A stretch of DNA of 64,000 nucleotides from Octopus sinensis (taxonomy: Eukaryota), in assembly GCF_006345805.1 (NCBI RefSeq), contig NC_043014.1, forward strand, positions 25,110,001 through 25,174,000, read 5' to 3'. Below, one piece after another: positions 46,652 to 59,358 of the stretch. The position numbers and the translations under genes were made by a program. How positions within the stretch are numbered: position 1 is the stretch's first letter; every line of letters starts with the position of its first letter. The notes beneath the pieces are model-generated. The model did no database searches, had not been told where the DNA came from, and worked only from the letters and a program-made list of their open reading frames with translations.

Positions 46652-48700
46652 AGAGATACAAAATGGCTGAAAACTCTATCTTCACTAATCAAAACCCATG
46701 AAAAGGAACTAACAACCAAAGAGATTGACTTTCTAACAAACTTTCAATGCAAACAGCTTTCTTTCTAGGTGCCAAAGATTCATAAAAGCCAAATTATAAA
46801 TGAAACCATTAAAAAATCACCAAAGACATACATACACACACCTAACCTGGGGGACCTAAAACTACGACCCATTGTAGCTGGCCCAACCTGTGAAACACAG
46901 ACTACGTCTATTTATGGACATCCTCCTGAAACCCTTCCTTAAACATATCGATAGCCATATCAGAGATGACTTAGATATGTTAAACCACCTTCCAAAAAAA
47001 GCCAAGGAAGAAACAATCCTGGTTTCATTTGATGTAGTTAACTTATATACCAGTATACCTCATTATTATGGACTAGAGGCAATACAGTTCTGGCTGAACC
47101 AATTTCCGGAAGAAATACCAAAAAGGATCGGTAAAGAATTCATTACTAAATCAATTGAATTCATCCTACATAATAACCACTTCATGTTTGACAATACATT
47201 TTACCGTCAAAAATCCGGAATTGCTATAGGTACAAGGGCAGCACCAGTCATTGTGAACCTAACAATGGGCTACATGGAAATAATCATTTACCAGGAATCT
47301 TTATCAATCTTTGGAAACCCCCTTTCTCAATACATAAAAGAGAATTGGAAACGATTCTTAGACGATTGTTTTATACTCTGGAATGAAAACACAGATAAAC
47401 TCCTAAAATTTAAAAACCTATTGAACAGCATAAACCCAATATACAGTTCACAATGGAATACAACCAAAGGAGCTCCCATTCTTGGATATTACTAACTAAA
47501 AAAATTAACCTTAAAATAGAAACAGACATTTTTTACAAAGCCACAGACGCCAAACAATACCTTCTTTTTAATTCATGCCACCCAAGACACACTAAAACAA
47601 ACATCCCCATTCAACCTTGCAAGAAGGATATGCACAATAGTGTCAGAACAAAATACCAGGAACTTCAGACTGCAAGAACTCAAAAACACCCTAATTGACA
47701 GACATTACCCAGCTCAACTCATAGAGGATGGGATCAGACGTGCAACAGAAATCAACATAGAAACTTTAAGAAAAGTTCAACACAACAACATAATACCTTA
47801 CATATCTACATACAACCCCAGAAACAAAGAAGCCTTCACCATCATCACCCAGAATTTACCAATACTCATAAGGACCCAATTAAAGGAAATTCTAAACATA
47901 CACCAAATCATTAAAAGCTACAAACAACCTAAATCACTTAAAAAGATTTCACAAAGGCAAAATTGTTTTCTGAAATTACAGATGCAAAAGTAAAAAAATG
48001 TGGTAGATCGAACTGTGCAACATGTCCAAACCTGCTAGAAGGATCAGAATTCCTCTTTAAAGAGGGACAGAAATTCAAGATCAAATCTAACTTTACTTGT
48101 GCCTCTGAAAACATAATTTATGTCATAAAATGCTCGGGCTGCCACCAAGACTACGTGGGATCCACGGGACTATCACTCAGACGTAGATGCACACTGCATC
48201 GACAGCAGATTGCATTCCCAGAATACAGAATGATACCTTTTAGTGAGCACATTGAGAAATGCACAAAGCAACTACTACCACAATTTTTAATCTTTCCATT
48301 TTACCAATGTGCTATCGGATCATCAACACAAATTAGATTAAACAAGGAAACATTCTTCATTGAAAAGTACAAGCCCAGACTTAACCATGCCAACATACTG
48401 ATACAGAGAAATTCACACCAAGGGAAAAGAAAAAAAATTTAAGCGATTATCTCCCTTACACCAGAAGAAATCACTCATTACCTCCCCTTATTTAGAACTC
48501 TTTTAAACATAAACATAACGATAACTCTATTCAACATAAACATAACATCGCAAGAAATTTGAAAAGCTAAACGCGAAACCGGTCTTTCTTCTAAACTATG
48601 TCATTGTAAGGGAAAAAAAATTTTTAATATTCTTCAGACATATTGACGCAAATATATTTTTTTAACCTTTAAGCCTTCTGTAGTTTTTTCACTTTTTACT
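46652..48700 (+). mobile_element. Penelope-like element, Neptune-type (RT, Cys-rich linker, GIY-YIG, pLTR), frameshifted
   Basis: PKIHK-like motif, LVSFDVVNLYTSIPH, RQKSGIAIGT..AP, WKRFLDDCF, CGRSNCATC, NIIYVIKCSGC..YVGST. Confidence 0.92.
48552..48590 (+). ncRNA. Minimal type-I hammerhead with U3-A8 covariation
   Basis: AAGAAA(T)-TTGAAAA-GC TAAAC GC-GAAA-CCGG-TC-TTTCTT. 6-bp stem I, palindromic ACCGGT stem III, GUC site (cut after 48584). Confidence 0.75.
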
Positions 48701-48704
48701 ATTC

Positions 48705-48706
48705 TA

Positions 48707-48752
<46 letters not shown>

Positions 48753-48760
48753 GATGTATT

Positions 48761-48793
<33 letters not shown>

Positions 48794-48797
48794 TATG

Positions 48798-48832
<35 letters not shown>

Positions 48833-49090
48833 GTATATATCTATATATGTATATATATATATATTATATATATATGTATATGTTTATATATGTATATGTT
48901 ATATATAATGTATATGTTTATATATGCGTTATGTATATGTATGTGTATATGTATATGTATGTGTATATGTATATGTATGTGTATATGTATATGTATGTAT
49001 ATATGTATATGTATATGTTTATATATATGTATATGTATATATATATATGTATATGTATATATATATGTATATGTATATACATATGTATAG
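48705..49090. repeat. Degenerate (TA)/(TATG) array
   Basis: Direct reading. Confidence 0.95.
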
Positions 49091-49150
49091 ATTGATAAAG
49101 CAGTTTCGTCACTGGAAAATGTTGAAGACAGAAGTTTGGAGCAGCAAGAG
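49091..49150 (+). CDS. Candidate 60-nt phase-0 host exon ([20 protein letters not shown])
   Basis: tag|ATTGAT...CAAGAG|gtatgt; open frame, non-repetitive, strong donor. The acceptor lacks a polypyrimidine tract. Confidence 0.35.
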
Positions 49151-49259
49151 GTATGTTGCTTTCAATTTTATTGTTGCTAATTTCATCACTCACCTTTTAT
49201 ATTGTTTTATGTTGTGTTTGTTTGTCCATGGACAAGATATCTCAAGATATCTTCTTGAA

Positions 49260-49560
49260 TCCATTCAGTGAATGGATTCAGATGAAACCTTCAGGGATGT
49301 TTGGCCTCAAGGCTGGCATGAGAACCGATTAGATTTTGAGATTAATCCAATACCAGACCAGGATTCTGGATTATTTTCCCTTTTTTTTTTACTTAATTTT
49401 TGAGAGCGATGAGGTTCAGTTTTAGTATTCTCATATGTTAGAGCAGTTGAGTTTATTTCAGATATTCTCATTATAAAAATCATTTCTGGCTAATCGTTGA
49501 GAGGATGTTGGTCTTGCCTTGGTGGAGGCTTGCGCTCTCTGAGTGCTCTTGTTAGTTACG
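49260..49560. mobile_element. Possible non-autonomous Helitron2/Helentron-like repeat
   Basis: Ends gccttggtggaggcttgcgctctctgagtgctcttgttagtt; weak similarity to 42240-42500. Confidence 0.3.
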
Positions 49561-49566
49561 TTGTTA

Positions 49567-50210
49567 TGGCAGCGAGCTGGCAGAATTGCTAGGACACTGG
49601 ATGAAATGCTTATCGGTATTTTACCTATCGCTGTGTTCTGAGTTCAAATTTTGCCTTTCATCCTTTCAGGGGTCAGTGAATTAAGTACTAGTCAAGTACT
49701 GGGTGTGATGTGACTGACTGATCATCTCTCCTCAAATTCCAGGCCTTGTACCTATAGTAGAAAGGATTATTAATTATGTTGTTAAGGTGGCAAGCTGACA
49801 GAATTGTTGCTGCACTGGACAAAATGCCTAGCAGCATTTCACCCGTTGCTACATTCTGAGTTTAAACTCTGCCAGGGTCAACTTTGCCTTGGTGGCTGAT
49901 GAAACAAGTGCCGGTTCAGCATTGGGGTAGATGTAATTGACTCACGCCCTCCCTTGAAGCTGCTGGCCTTGTGCTAAAATTCGAAACTATCTTTAATTGT
50001 GCTGTTAAAATGGTAAGCTGGCAGAATCAGTACCAGACAAAATGATTGGCAGCGTTTCTTTTGGCTTGATACTCTGAGTTTTCATATTGTCAAAATCAAG
50101 TTTGTCTTTCATCCTTTCAGTATCCATAAAATAAGTACCAGCTAAACACTGGGGTTTAATTGACTAGCCCCTCCCTTCAAATTGCTGCTCTGTGCCAAAA
50201 TATGAATGAA
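49567..50210 (+). mobile_element. Three tandem, diverged tRNA-SINEs with a Deu/Nin-like core
   Basis: Starts ggc(g/a)agctggcagaat at about 49567, 49787 and 50010; B-box-like gttctgagtt(c/t)aaa; core tttgcctttcatcctttc.ggggtc..taagtacc. Confidence 0.75.
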
Positions 50211-50309
50211 TTATTAATAATGTTATTGTTTTAGCAATTTGACATTTATTTCCTGCTGTATATATAAATATACTGAAGATGTTGTAATTAATAAATTTTA
50301 TGTTTTATA

Positions 50310-53300
50310 GGACAGCGGTACAAGATTTTCTGGGCTGGGAATAGTGATGGGGTCGGGGGTGTGGGTATACGTATCGCCTAAAAATGGGTAGATAAGGTAA
50401 TCGAGGTAGTCAGAGTATGTGACAGAATACTGAAGATTAGATTAGTGCTCCATCATAGTTTAGCAACTATTATATCGGCCTATGCCCCTCAGCCAGGGCT
50501 ACCCGATGGACAGAAAGACCATTTCTATGACACCCTACTGCAGACCACCTCATTGACGAATGACAGGGACCATCTCTTTGTGGCTGGTGACTTCAATGGG
50601 CATGTTGGACGATATGCTGGGGGCTTCCATGGCATACATGGAGGCTACGGTTATGGTTCCCGCAACGAGGAGGGAACCAGGCTGCTGGAGTTCTGTGATG
50701 CGAATAGACTTATGGTTTGCAACACTAACTTCAGGAAACTGACAAGCCACTTGGTCACCTACCGATCGGGCTGGCATACTAGCCAAATCGACAACATCCT
50801 TGCCAGAAAAAAGGAAAGATGGCTGCTTATAAATGCCAAAACCTTCCCAGGTGAAGAATGTACCCCACAACATAGACTGGTAGTTAGTGACTTTAGGATC
50901 AGGACTAAGAGGATGACTAGAAGACAACCAACATTGAGAAGAAGGGTCTGGAAGCTTAAAGACCCTGCGAATGGACAGAGATTTAGAGACGTTACTTGAA
51001 GCCTTTGACGAAATAGAAGGGGGTATAGCTACACATGGGGTAGAAGACAACTGGACGCTTCTAAGGGACAACCTGCTGAAAGCCACTGACCAGATCTGTG
51101 GCTGGTGCAAAGTCCCCTCAAGACCCAAAAACGTGGTGGTGGAACAATATTGTTGACAGGGCTTGGAAGGACTGGAAGAATGGTGGTAGCAGGGAAGTGT
51201 ATCAGACTGCCAGAAGGGAAGCTAGGAGGCAGGTGTATTTAGCCAGAGGGGAAGCAGATAAGAAAAAATTTGCCGTGAGGATGAAAGACTTGAGGTATTT
51301 TGTGTTGCAAGACAGTGTGTGAGAGAGAATCGTGACGTGGTAGGAGAGAAATGTGTTCGCAAGTATGACGGTTCACTTGAGCTAAATGAGGATACAAAGA
51401 GAGAGGTTTGGAGATGCCACTATGAAAGGTTGCTGAATGAGCAACATGAATGGGATAAAGAGAGTCTGCCGAATGTCGACCCAACAGAGGGACCAGCAAT
51501 CCGAGTTGACAGTTCCTTAGTAGTTAAGGCAATTACAAGCATGAAAACAGGGAAAGCCCCTGGCCCATCAGGAATTACTGCAGAGATGCTCAAAATATCT
51601 GGTAGTGTCGGCTATAGCCTAGTCACCCGTATAGTTAACCAGGTGATACACAAAGGAGTCATACCCAATGACTGGTGTAGCAGCATAATAGTCAACTGCT
51701 ACAAAGGTAAAGGTGACGCCCTAGATACAAATAACTACAGGGGTATCAAGCTGCTGGATCAGGTAATGAAGGTTACAAAGAGAGTTATAGCCCAACTAAT
51801 TAGAGAGAGAGTTAGCTTAGATGAGATGTAGTTTGGGTTCGTGCCAGGGAAAAGTACTACTGATGCTATATTCCTGGTAAGACAGCTGCAGGAGAAATAC
51901 CTAGCCAAAGATAAGCCCCTGTACCTGGCTTTTGTTGACATGGAGAAAGCCTTTGACAGGGTCCCCCGATCCCTTATCTGGTGGTCAATGAGGAAACTAG
52001 GGATAGATGAATGGTTAGTAAGAGCTGTGCGAGCCATGTACAGAGACGCTGCTAGTAAGGTGAGGGTTGGCAACGAGTGCAGTGAAGAATTCCGGGTAGA
52101 GGTTGGCGTCCACCAAAGTTCAGTCCTCAGTCCCCTCCTATTTATGATAGTCCTCCAGGCAATAATGGAGGAATTCAAGACAGGATGCCCCTGGGAGCTC
52201 CTCTATGCTGATGACCTTGCTCTAATTGCTGAGTCACTATCAGAACTGGAGGAGAAGTTTCAGGCGTGGAAGCAAGGTTTAGAATCGAAGGGCCTTAGAA
52301 TCAACCTAGCCAAAACCAAAGTCCTAATAAGTAGGAAGGTAGACCAATCACAAACGCCTTCAGGTAGATGGCCCTGCTCGATCTGTAAAAAAGGCGTAGG
52401 TAGAAATTCTATAAGGTGCACCAAGTGTAAGCTATGGACACATAAGAGGTGTAGCAATGTCAAAGGAAGGCTAACTAGGAAAATAGTTTTTGTCTGTGGC
52501 AGATGCTCAGGAGCAATAAACACTGAAAATGTGCAGAGACCAACTTCTACCACGTTCCAGGGAGAAAAACTAGAAGTAGTTGATAGCTTCCGCTACCTAG
52601 GTGACCAAGTCGGTAGCGGGGGTGGGTGTGCTGAAAGTGTAACTGCTAGAGTAAGAAAGACCTGGGCAAAGTTCAGAGAGCTCTTACCCCTGCTGGTGAC
52701 AAAAGGCCTCTCGCTCAGAGTAAAAGGCAGACTGTATGATGCATGTGTACGTACAGCCATGCTACATGGTAGTGAAACATGGGCTGTGACTGCTGAGGAT
52801 ATGCGTAAGCTCGCAAGAAATGAAGCCAGTATGCTCCGATGGATGTGTAATGTCAGTGTTCATAATCGACAGAGTGTAAGTACCTTGAGAGAAAAGTTGG
52901 ACCTAAGAAGCATCAGTTGTGGTGTGCAAGAGAGACGTTTGCGCTGGTATGGTCATGTGACGAGAATGGTTGAAGTTAGTTGTGTGCAAAAGTGCCACAC
53001 CTTAGCAGTTGAGGAAACCTGTGGAAGAAGTAGACACAGGAAAACCTGGGACGAGGTGGTGAAGCATGACCTTCGAACTTTAGGTCTCACCAGGGCAATG
53101 ACTGAAACCGAGACCTCTGGAAGTATGCTGTGCGTGAGAAGACCCGGCAAGACTAGTGAGACCATAAACCCGTGGCCTCTACCTGGTATGTAGCCAGTCG
53201 ACTTATACATACCTTCCTTCTTGGGACAAAAACTCCACATGTGAAGACCCGTTGAGGCAAGTGAAAATCAAAAATCAAAATCAAAATCAAACCAAATCAA

Positions 53301-53810
53301 ATCAGATATCAGAAAGCAGAACCAAAATCGTAGTCGATCAAAATCAATGGAAATTGCAGCTGTGATACCAGTGCCGATGACAAGTAAGCGAACCATCCGA
53401 TCTTGGCCGTTGCCAGTGCTGCCCCGACTGGCCTCCATGCCAGTGGCACGTAAAAAGCACTATCCGTTCATGGCCGTTGCCAGCCTCGCCTGGCCCCCGT
53501 GCTGGTGGCACGTAAAAGCACCATTCGTTCATGGCCGTTGCCAGCCTCGCCTGGCCCCCATACCGGTGGCACGTAAAAAGCACCATCCGTCCATGGCTGT
53601 TTGCCAGCTCCGTCTGGCACCTGTGCGGGTGGCACGTAAAAAGCACCAACTACATTCACGGAGTGGTTGACGTTAGGCAGGGCATCCAGCCGTAGAAACA
53701 CTGCTAGATCAGACTGGGCCTGATGCAGCCTTCTGGCTTCACAGACCCCAGTTGAACCATCCAACCCATGCTAGCATGGAAAGCGGACGCTAAATGATGA
53801 TGATGATGAT
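50310..53810 (+). mobile_element. RTE-clade LINE (slightly 5'-truncated APE, RT, 3'UTR, (GAT)n tail)
   Basis: SAYAPQ, GDFNGHVG, QIDNIL, NYRGIKLL, CAG>TAG at 51829-51831, YADD, PHD-like finger, LRWYGH; close to 18978-22995. Confidence 0.95.
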
Positions 53811-53968
53811 ATGTATATATGTATATATATATATGTATGTATATATATATGTATGTATATATATATATATATGTATGTATATATGTATGTATATATATAT
53901 ATATATGTATGTATATATATATATATATATATGTATGTATATATATATATATGTATGTATATATATAT
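53811..53968. repeat. Degenerate (TA)/(TATG) array between two facing RTE tails
   Basis: Direct reading. Confidence 0.95.
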
Positions 53969-54400
53969 CATCATCATCATCATCGTTTAACGTCCATTTT
54001 CCACGCTAGCACGGGTTGGACGGTTCGACTGGGGTCTGGGAAGCCAGGGGCTGCACCAGTCTCCAGTCTGATCTGGCAGAGTTTCTACAGCTGGATGCAC
54101 TTCCTAACGCCAACCACTCCGCGAGTGTAGTGGGTGCTTTTTACGTGCCACCTGCACAGGTGCCAGGGGGGCCCGGCATTGGCCACAATCGGTTGGAGCT
54201 TTTAACGTGCCACCGGCACGGAAACCGGCTAAGGTGGCGCTGGCAACGGCCATGTTTGGATGGTGCTTTTTATGTGCCACCGGCAAAGGAGCCAGTCGGG
54301 GCGGAGCTGGCATTGGCCACGTTCGGATGGTGCTTTTTATGTGCCACCGGCACAGGAGCCAGTCGGAGCTGCGGCTGGCATCGGCCACTTTCGTATGGTG
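53969..54400 (-). mobile_element. Solo RTE 3'UTR/tail
   Basis: catcatcatcatcgtttaacgtccattttccacgctagcacgggttgg plus modules. Confidence 0.88.
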
Positions 54401-54404
54401 CTTT

Positions 54405-54528
54405 TATATATATATATATGTATATATATATGTATAATATATGTAATTATCTATATAGTATATATATATATAGATATATGTAATATATATATATGTATAT
54501 ATATATATATCTATGTATTATATCTATG

Positions 54529-54560
<32 letters not shown>

Positions 54561-55249
54561 TATATGTGTATATATATATATGTATGTATATATTATGTAT
54601 GTATATATATTGTATGTATATATATATGTTGTATGTATATATATATATATGTGTATAATAATATGTATATATATATATGTTATATATTATATGTATTATA
54701 TATATGTAATAATATATTATATATATATAGTATATATATATATGTATATATATATAATGTATATATATATATGTATATATATATATGTATATATATATAT
54801 ATGTATATATATATATGATATATGTATATATGTATATATGTATAGATATATATGTATGTATATATATATGTATATAATAATGTATATGTATATAATATAT
54901 GTATATATATGGTATATGTATAATATATAATATATATGTAATATGTATATATATATATATGTATATATATATATTATATATATTATATATATGTATATAT
55001 ATCTATGTATATATATATGTATTATATGTATCTATATATGTATATATATATATGTATATATATATATGTATATATATATGTATATATATATATGTATATA
55101 TATATATATGCTATATATATATATGTTTATATGTATAATGTATATATATATATGTATATATATATGATATATATATATATGTATATGTATATATATATGT
55201 ATATATATGTTATCGTTATATATATTATATATGTATATATGTATATATA

Positions 55250-55285
<36 letters not shown>

Positions 55286-55326
55286 TATATGTATCTTAGA
55301 TATATATATACTATATGATATATCTG

Positions 55327-55360
<34 letters not shown>

Positions 55361-55371
55361 TTGTATAGTTA

Positions 55372-55402
<31 letters not shown>

Positions 55403-55530
55403 ATATATATCTATATATATAATTGTATATATGTATCTATATCTGTATATATGTATTATATATATATATACATGTATATCTGTAAATATTATATATATAT
55501 ATATATGTATATATGTATATATAATGTTAT
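54405..55530. repeat. Giant degenerate (TA)n array
   Basis: Direct reading. Confidence 0.97.
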
Positions 55531-55559
55531 ACAAAAAGAAAAAGTTAAAAGAAGGGAAA

Positions 55560-58500
55560 AAAGCACACTGACCACTACTGAAAGACGGTAATGCAGATGT
55601 GGTGCGCGGAAAACCCAACAGGTGGCCAGCTTCATCCAGATGTGAGAAGGGCGCAGCTGAACAGCAATCTTTTTTCTGCATGGCACAAAAATTGTGTCAG
55701 CAGCTGACCTGGCTACAAGCACAAAGCTGGAACTACCACCACATAAGGCCACCTCCAAGAGATGCAGGATGGCCACCACAGACACCAACACCAACATACA
55801 CACCACAAAAATATTTCTACTGAATGTAGGAGGGCTGCTGCGCGGAAACTGTAAAAGGAAAATTTCATTCCTGAGAGACCTTGTGACATGCAATCAAGCT
55901 ATATGCATGCCACTCACAGAAACACATCTTGAACCCGATATAGGTGATGCAGAAATACACATGCCGCAATATGCAGTCATACGCACAGATAGAAAAGGAG
56001 GAGCCATGGTGGAGTTGCAATGTACATCCGAGATGACCTCACGCCCCAGGTCCTGCTGTCATATTCAAACTCAGTATGTGAACCTCAAATTGTACACATA
56101 ACAGCTGAATATCGTCATATGCACTACATATCGCCCACCAGATGCCCCAAAACACTCAGGCATGTTTGAAGACTGCCTAACAAAAATAGGAGAAGTCCTC
56201 ACCAACCTTGAACAGCACAACAGTGTTTTCTTCATGGGTGACTTTAACCTCCCCAATGTGGAATGGCCTGGGGGGGCAGATGCTCCCAGGGATGACACAC
56301 CATCACAGAGGCACAGGTGGAGTCCCTGCTCCATCTTACAAATGCCTCTTTCATGGAGCAAATAGTTCTGCAACCAACAAGGGCAGATAATATACTGGAT
56401 CTCTGCTTCACAAACAATATGGATATTATCCATAATGTTAATGTGATGCCGACAATGATCTCGGATCACAACATAATAGAGCTGTCTATGTATGGAACAA
56501 AAGCCCCAGACACACAGCCTATACGAAGCACCCACCATCTCTCCAACTTAAACTTTCATAAGCCAACTGGAAGTTGATTGAGAAAGAGATCCTCAAACGG
56601 ATTGGCCTGAATGTCTCTCCACACCGGACATAAACATGAAACACAAACACTTCATGTCCATAATACAAGCCATATGTGACAAATATGTCCCAGTGTGCAG
56701 GCCAGCACACACAAGAACAAAAACAGGATCCCTAGAGAAAGGAGGATTCTTATGAGACGACGGACAAGGATTGCAAACCGCCTGAGCAAGCACACCAAAA
56801 GTGGTGAGAAGTCTCGGCTCGAAAGAATGCTAATGGAAACTGAGAAAAGTCTACATCAGTCCCATGAAAGGAGAGAGCAGATAAAGAAGCTTGGGTAATA
56901 GAAAATATAAAATCAACCCTAAAGCTTTCTTTAAGTTTACCAAAGAGACAGCCACAGTGCACCAGAGAATAGGACCTCTCTTCCAAAAAGATGGCTCTCT
57001 CACAGGAATCCCACGAGGATAAGTGAAATACTGAACGAACAGTTCCAAAGTGTGTTCAGTACACCTCTAGGACACAGGCAAGTAACAACCCAGAAGAATT
57101 CTTTGCCACTTTACCTGCGGCCAAAGACAAAAAATTGAGTATCAACATCGAAGATGATGATATCAACTAGCCATTGATGAGATTGACACAAACTCAGCTG
57201 CTGGACCTGATGGATTCCCAGCGATCCTTCTCAAATCGTGCAAACGAGCCCTTGCAAAACCACTACAGCTTCTTTTTCAGAGCTTTCTTGCAAGTGGTAA
57301 GCTCCCAGTCAAATTGAAAGAGGGGGTAATATGCCCTATCCATAAGGGAGGTAGCAGAGCAGATGCTAAAAATTATAGGCCTATCTCTCTGACCTCACAC
57401 ATCAGCAAAGTCATGGAATGAATAGTCCGAAAGAAACTAATCATGTTCCTTGAAGAAGATGACTTGCTGTCTGACACCCAGCATGGATTTCGACCAGGTA
57501 GAGGCTGCCTAACACAGCTCCTGCAACGCTATGACTGGGTGTTGAAACAGCTACTAAATGGCTCAAATGTGGATGTAATATATCTTGACTTTGCAAAAGC
57601 CTTTGATAAAGTCGACCATGGTATGATCTGTCACAAACTGCGTGGTCTCGGCATAGGCGGGAAACTTGGAGAGTGGCTGCACAACTTCCTAAACAGAAAA
57701 AGGCAGTTGTGAGCAATGGAGCCATCTCCAAGGAAACGCAAATAACAAGCGGTGTCCCACAGGGCACTGTCTTGGGGCCACTGATGTTCATATAGTGCCC
57801 TTTCAGACATGCCTTCAGTTGCTACGATGACCACCCTTGCTAGCTATGCAGATGACACAAAGGTCTCCCACGCAATACAAAACCCTGAATATTGCGCATC
57901 TGCAACATGAGCTGGACACAATATACAGGTGGGCTGAGGACAAAACATGCAGTTTAATGCAGGTAAGTTCCAGGCCCTGCGCTATTGGCACACAAGGTAA
58001 ATGACGTGAAGACTGGATACACTGGCCCAGGAAAAATTGCAATCCCTGAGTCAAAATCATGCGTGACGTGGGCATTGACATGAGCAATGATGCATCTTTC
58101 CAAATGCATATTGCTAATCTGGTGATAAAATGCAGACGGCTAGCTGGATGGATCTCCGAACTTTCAGAACAAGAGAGAAGGAGACACTGATGGTCCTATG
58201 GAAAACATTCGTCCTCAGCCGCTTGGACTACTGCTCCCAACTTGGTCACCACACAATATAGAACAAACAGCAGAACTCGAAGCAATTCAGAGAAGCTACA
58301 CAAAGAAAATCGTCTCAATGCAAAATATCAGCTACTGGGAAAGACTGAAGGTATTAAACCTCTTCTCCCTAGAGCAGAGGCGGGAGGGAGAGATATGCAG
58401 TGATATACATCTGGAAAATCCTGGAGGGTCTTGTCCAAACTTTGGCATTCAAAGTTACTCCAACCGCAGAACGGGGCGCCACTGCGTGGTGCCAAGGATT

Positions 58501-58834
58501 CCAACATCACCATCAAAATACAGGTCCAGATACTGCAACAGCTTGGGTTTCAGAGGACCACAGCTCTTTAACATCCTCCCTAAATGCCTGCTGAGAGACT
58601 TACATGGTGTGGATGGGGGTTTCTTTAAAACTAAACTGGATCTCTTCTTGTTGGGAGTCCCAGATGAACCTACCTCACGACAGGAAACGGGATGCGGGCA
58701 GCAGCATCGAACTCCCTTGTTGATCAAGTGCCACGTATCAGAAGTGGATTCACAAACTAGTGTAGCTCATTCAGCGGTGGTGCCCCAGCATGGCCGCGGC
58801 CTTCGGGCTAAAACATTTTAAAGATTTAAGGATT

Positions 58835-58835
<1 letters not shown>
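55560..58835 (+). mobile_element. CR1-clade LINE (APE-RT), decayed
   Basis: LLNVGGL..LTETHL..RTDR, MGDFNLP, TRADNILDL, ISDHN, GPDGFP, NYRPISLTS, QHGFRPGR, YLDFAKAFDKV, PQGTVLGP, YADD; 3' stem-loop before (TA)n. Confidence 0.9.
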
Positions 58836-58891
<56 letters not shown>

Positions 58892-58897
58892 GTATAT

Positions 58898-58929
<32 letters not shown>

Positions 58930-59023
58930 GTATATAGTATATATTGTATATATATATATATGTATGTATATATAGTATATATGTATATATATGTAATATA
59001 TGTATATATATATATGTATATAT

Positions 59024-59055
<32 letters not shown>

Positions 59056-59157
59056 GTATATATATACATATGTATATATATATACATATGTATATATATA
59101 TGTATATATATATATGTTATATATATATGTATATATATATATTATATATATATATGT

Positions 59158-59188
<31 letters not shown>

Positions 59189-59206
59189 GTTATATATATA
59201 TATATG

Positions 59207-59237
<31 letters not shown>

Positions 59238-59327
59238 GTATTATATATATATATGTATATATATATATGTATATTATATATATGTATATTATATTATATA
59301 TGTATATATAATATGTATATATATATG

Positions 59328-59358
<31 letters not shown>

